Shown here: in pieces, positions 60,212 to 64,000 of the stretch
Numbering within the stretch: the first letter of the stretch is position 1
Layout of the letters: each line of letters starts with the position of its first letter
DNA from: Narcine bancroftii
Taxonomy: Eukaryota
Reading direction: 5' to 3'
Assembly: GCF_036971445.1 (NCBI RefSeq)
Contig: NC_091475.1
Location: 80,042,001-80,106,000, forward strand
DNA length: 64,000 nt
Position numbers and translations under genes: made by a program
Notes under the pieces: generated by a model
What the model saw: only the letters and a program-made list of their open reading frames with translations
What the model was told of the DNA's origin: nothing
Database searches by the model: none

Positions 60212-62665
60212 TGTAGGGGGTTGTGCATGAGCACAGGGAGAAGAACTGTGACAGCAAGCTGTAAGCTCGTTTAGCACAACTGATTTACTTTGAAGTTCAC
60301 GCCGCAGCCTTTAAGGCCCTCAGGAGGGTGCCCCTCAGGTAGCAAAACTCACGTGATGCTGATACGAGTATTTCTGGTCTGTATCAGAAGGGAAGGTCTC
60401 GCGACGCCATTTTTGCCACGGCTGCTCCGCTGACCACGCGTGACAAGTGGGACTGGCTCACTGCTGCAAATATGTGTGCTGCCATACAATGCCCCTCCCC
60501 CCTCCCAAGAACCGGTGCCGGTGGACTCACTGCACATCATGGGTGAGGTCTTCTGCTTCGCTGGTCAACCCCTATGTGTTAGTGATGGGACCATTACCAG
60601 CTGTGACAAGTCTAAGTGTGCTGGTTTGAGGCAGTCCAGGGTGAAAAGTTCCTCTTTGCCCCCAATGTCAAGAGTTAATGTGGAGGTATTCCTCTGAAGT
60701 ACTTTGTAGGGTCCTCATAGGGACACTGAAGAGGTGGCCTGTGTCAGCCCCTGCAAATGAACACATGGTCACAGGTGTCTAAGCCTGCAGGGTAAGCGGA
60801 AGGAGGGTGGCAGTGTCATGATGATGGTGGTGGTGCAAGTGATCCCAATTTATCTCTCAGTCTTTCCAATATAATGATGGTGCCAATGTCCTGCCCTGGT
60901 GGTGAAGAGAGGAACTGGCCCAGGACTGCTAGGGGTTCACCATAGACCAACTCTGCTGAGGAGGTTCTCAAGTTGTCCTTTGGCACTATGCCAATACCAA
61001 GGAGGACCATTAAGTTCGTCCACCCAGTTTGGCCTCTCCAGCCTTCCCATGAGGGTACCAAATGGAGGGGGGGAGGCCCATGGACTATCGGACTGGTGGA
61101 CAATACCAAGTTCCTCCTTCTTTGGCGAGGTTGAGCTTGTCGGGAGCCAGACGTCAGGCGTGGGAATGTACTGGTGGCCGTGTGGTGTTGGACACTGAGC
61201 TTCGGCATGGTAACAGTGAACTGGGGATCCAATATGGAAGGATAGCTGGCAAGGAGGTGGCTGTATTGGCCATGCAAAATCTCCATAGAGGCAAGCTGGG
61301 TGGCTGGCTCATTTAACCTGCCGAAGGGTAGTCTCTGAGTGGACCATTTGTCTGCCCTGGAGATCTACCAGCAGGCAGTGTTCCCGCAAGAAATCTACTC
61401 CCAGAAGAGTCTTGTCCACGGATACCAGTGTGAATGATCAATTGAAAGTGGTTTCGCCAAAACCTTTAATGTGCCTCTTGCTAAAACCTTTAATGGTGGT
61501 GTTGTTGGCTGTGCACAGGGTGGGGCCGTGAGGTCTTGTGCGTGTCTTGAGCGACGTAAGGGGAACGACGCTTATCTCCAACCCATGTCCACAAGGAATC
61601 TGCGGCCTGAGATCCTGTCCCAGACATGGAGTAGGTATTCGGCTGGCCAGCTACCATGGCCACTAACAGTGGCTGGCCCTGTCATTTCCCTGAAATGAAT
61701 ACCGTTGGCAGAACCTGTGTGCTCCTGCACCTCACCGTTGGTGGTAGAAGCACCACTTTGGGTTGGGCTTCTCTGTTCATGGGCGGGCCAGTTCTGGCCC
61801 ACATGTTAGGCTGGTCTAGAGCACTGGCTTTGTAACGTGGTTGATTGTCCCTGCGGGCTCGCGTTTCGAGTGGTAAAAGATGTCTGCCCGTGCCGCACCT
61901 TACGTGGGTCGCTGAAGTCCTCACCAGTCAGCATCAGCTTAATGTCTTTGGGCATTTGCTCAAGTAACGCCTTCTTGAACATGAGGCAGGGCCTGTGTCC
62001 CTCTGCCAGGGTAAGCATCTTGTCCATGAGAGCAGATGGTGTTCTGTCCCCTAGGCCATCCAGGTGGAGGAGCCTGGCAGCCCTTTCGTGTCTTGAAAGC
62101 CCGCAAGTGTTAATAAGGAAGTTCTTTAGAGCCATGTACTTATCTTCCTCTGGCAGTGCCTGGATGAGGTCATGGACTGATGAGGAGGCCTCCTGGTCCA
62201 GCGAGCTGATGACATGGAAGCATTTTGTCAAATCTGAGGTAATCTACTTAATCTGGAATTGGGCCTATGCTTGGTCGAACCAAGTGCAGGGCCTGTTCGT
62301 CTAGAAAGTTGGCAGCTTTAACACAATGGTGCCTAGAGCTGCGGGGTCCATTGTGCTGATTCTTCAGAACGTTGAGACTCGTCGGGGTCACCAATGTAAA
62401 GGGTTGTGCTTGAGTGCACTGAGAACTGAGACACCAGACTGTTAGCTCGTTTGGCATAACTGATATATTTTGAAGTTCACGCTGGAGCCTTTAAGGCCAT
62501 CCAGAGCCCGCCATTCGCGTACTGGAATTCATATCATGCTGACATAAGCGTGTATGCGTACCTCTGGTCTGTAGCAGAAGAGAAGGACCCGCAACGCCAT
62601 CTTTGCCACTGCTACTCAGCTGACAAGCGGGGCTGGTTCGCTGCTGCAAATATATGCGCCTCTAC
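60212..62665 (-). mobile_element. CsRn1-like Gypsy LTR retrotransposon, internally deleted
   Basis: LTRs 60212-60488 and 62395-~62665; PPT next to the left LTR; tRNA-Trp PBS; gag (RHERAARLLHLDGLGDRTPSALM), WCFYHQR motif, protease FLVDMG, integrase end SSAELVYGEPL. Confidence 0.85.
62380..62393 (-). promoter_or_regulatory. Primer-binding site, tRNA-Trp
   Basis: Minus strand TGGTGACCCCGACG one nt after the LTR end. Confidence 0.85.
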
Positions 62666-62689
62666 TTTTAACCTGAACATAAGAACTAA

Positions 62690-63350
62690 GAGTTGGAGTA
62701 TGCCTGCTCCCCCATTCAGTTGGGTCAGGGCTGATCTGCTTGTAGCCTCCTGTCTGTCCAACTTCCACAGGTGTACTCTGGGAAGTATGCAGCCTGGCTT
62801 GGGAATTTGACTGCTTAGGAATGCAGAAGGCTCTGGAAGGTAGCAAACATAACCAGGACCATCATGGGCACTGCAGACATCAATATGAGGCGCTGCCTCA
62901 AGAAGAGAGAAAACATCATAAAGGACCCCCAACACTGGTCACAACCTCTTCTCACAGTTACCTTCTGGCAGATGGTATAGAAGCCTGAAAACCAGCACCT
63001 TGAGGTTCAAGCACAGTTTTTATCCAACAGCTATCACACTCTTAAACCTCCCCTTGTTACACTAATTGGGAACTTTTGTATATTATATTATATTATATAA
63101 AATAATGTCTTTCATGACAGTAAATGTTGATTCTGGTTGTTCTGACACCACAAAAGAGCTGCATGCACTATTATGAGTCACTTTTATTTCTTCCTCTAAG
63201 ACAACTGTCAATATTTATTAAATCTGTATCTTTTTGCTTTTGACTTTTTTACTCAATGTAATGATTACTGCAGTCTTTTTTTTAATGATGTACCTGTTCA
63301 GCTGCAGAATATATGAATTGTACAATATATATGACAATAAACTTATTTTT
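62690..63350 (+). mobile_element. Rex1/Babar-like 3' remnant
   Basis: IIKDPQH..FSQLPSGRWYRSL..FYPTAI; tgacaataaa tail. Confidence 0.7.
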
Positions 63351-63784
63351 GTCCAATTTCCTGCCTAACTCCTTGTTTGTCAAAAATGCATCTGCCGTGA
63401 CCTTTAAAATATTCAGATTGTCCTTCACTCCCCTTTCAGGGAGTGAGTTCCAAAGACCCATATCTCTCTGAAAGGCAATATGTTCCCTTCATTCTGTAGT
63501 GGGCACCCTTATTTATAAACACTCAACACCCCTCATGGTCTTCTCTATTTCAATCAACTCCCCTCTCACTATCCAACTGATTCATGCTTAGCCTGTATAA
63601 CTATCTCCCATTAGACAACCAACTCATTCCATGTATTAATCCTGTAAAGTTTCTCTGAACTGTGTCTAATACATTAACGTTCCTCCTTAATCAACTGTCA
63701 CCTCTCACCCGTGAACTCTCTGTCCTCATCTCCAGAAAAAAACTATCCACAGACATCTATTACGAAGCCACAACTCTCACAGCT

Positions 63785-64000
63785 CGTTGAACAAGAAAAT
63801 ATGCAGGTGCTGGAGGTAAGTGCAAAACACAAATGTCAGCAGGTCACGCAGCATCCATTAGAGGTAAAAGGTAACCAACATTTCAGGCCTGAGCCCTTTG
63901 TCATGTCTAAACAAAAGCAGGCAGGTGCCTGAATAAAATGGTGTGGGGAGGGAGGAAGGAGAAGGGAGAGGAGCACAGACTAACAGGTAAGAGGTAATAG
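63785..64000 (-). mobile_element. Penelope-like 3' end, runs off the window
   Basis: cagcaggtcacgcagcatcc..ggtaaccaacatttcaggcctgagccctttgtca. Confidence 0.65.

Noticed and set aside
59487-60277. Alternative-frame and antisense ORFs recurring at each RTE copy
   Set aside because: Shadow frames; they recur only because the copies are near-identical
57205-64000. Further ITGBL1 exons
   Set aside because: No Cys-rich exon recognised on the minus strand; the region is repeats

Overview
Vertebrate genomic DNA, very repeat-rich. The repeat mix (CR1, Rex1/Babar, L1, RTE, Penelope-like, V-SINE-like, Gypsy) suggests a cartilaginous fish; this is an inference. Two host genes converge tail-to-tail. FGF14 (+) contributes its last two coding exons (32695-32893, 38249-38385) and a ~3.2-kb repeat-free 3'UTR. 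ITGBL1 (-) contributes its terminal coding exon (57116-57204), which the ORF track misses. The rest is intronic or intergenic DNA built from nested retroelements: two divergent Gmr1-like Gypsy elements, a TSD-flanked full-length L1 carrying CR1 and RTE insertions, four young RTE copies, a CsRn1-like Gypsy, solo LTRs, MITEs, SINEs, and Penelope-like ends with degenerate hammerhead motifs. The most unusual item is a 1.1-kb insertion (9901-11020) headed by the 5' end of a histone H4 gene and carrying a 33-bp minisatellite; it is a candidate histone-H4-headed mobile element. Boundaries of old repeats are approximate and family assignments are by eye.
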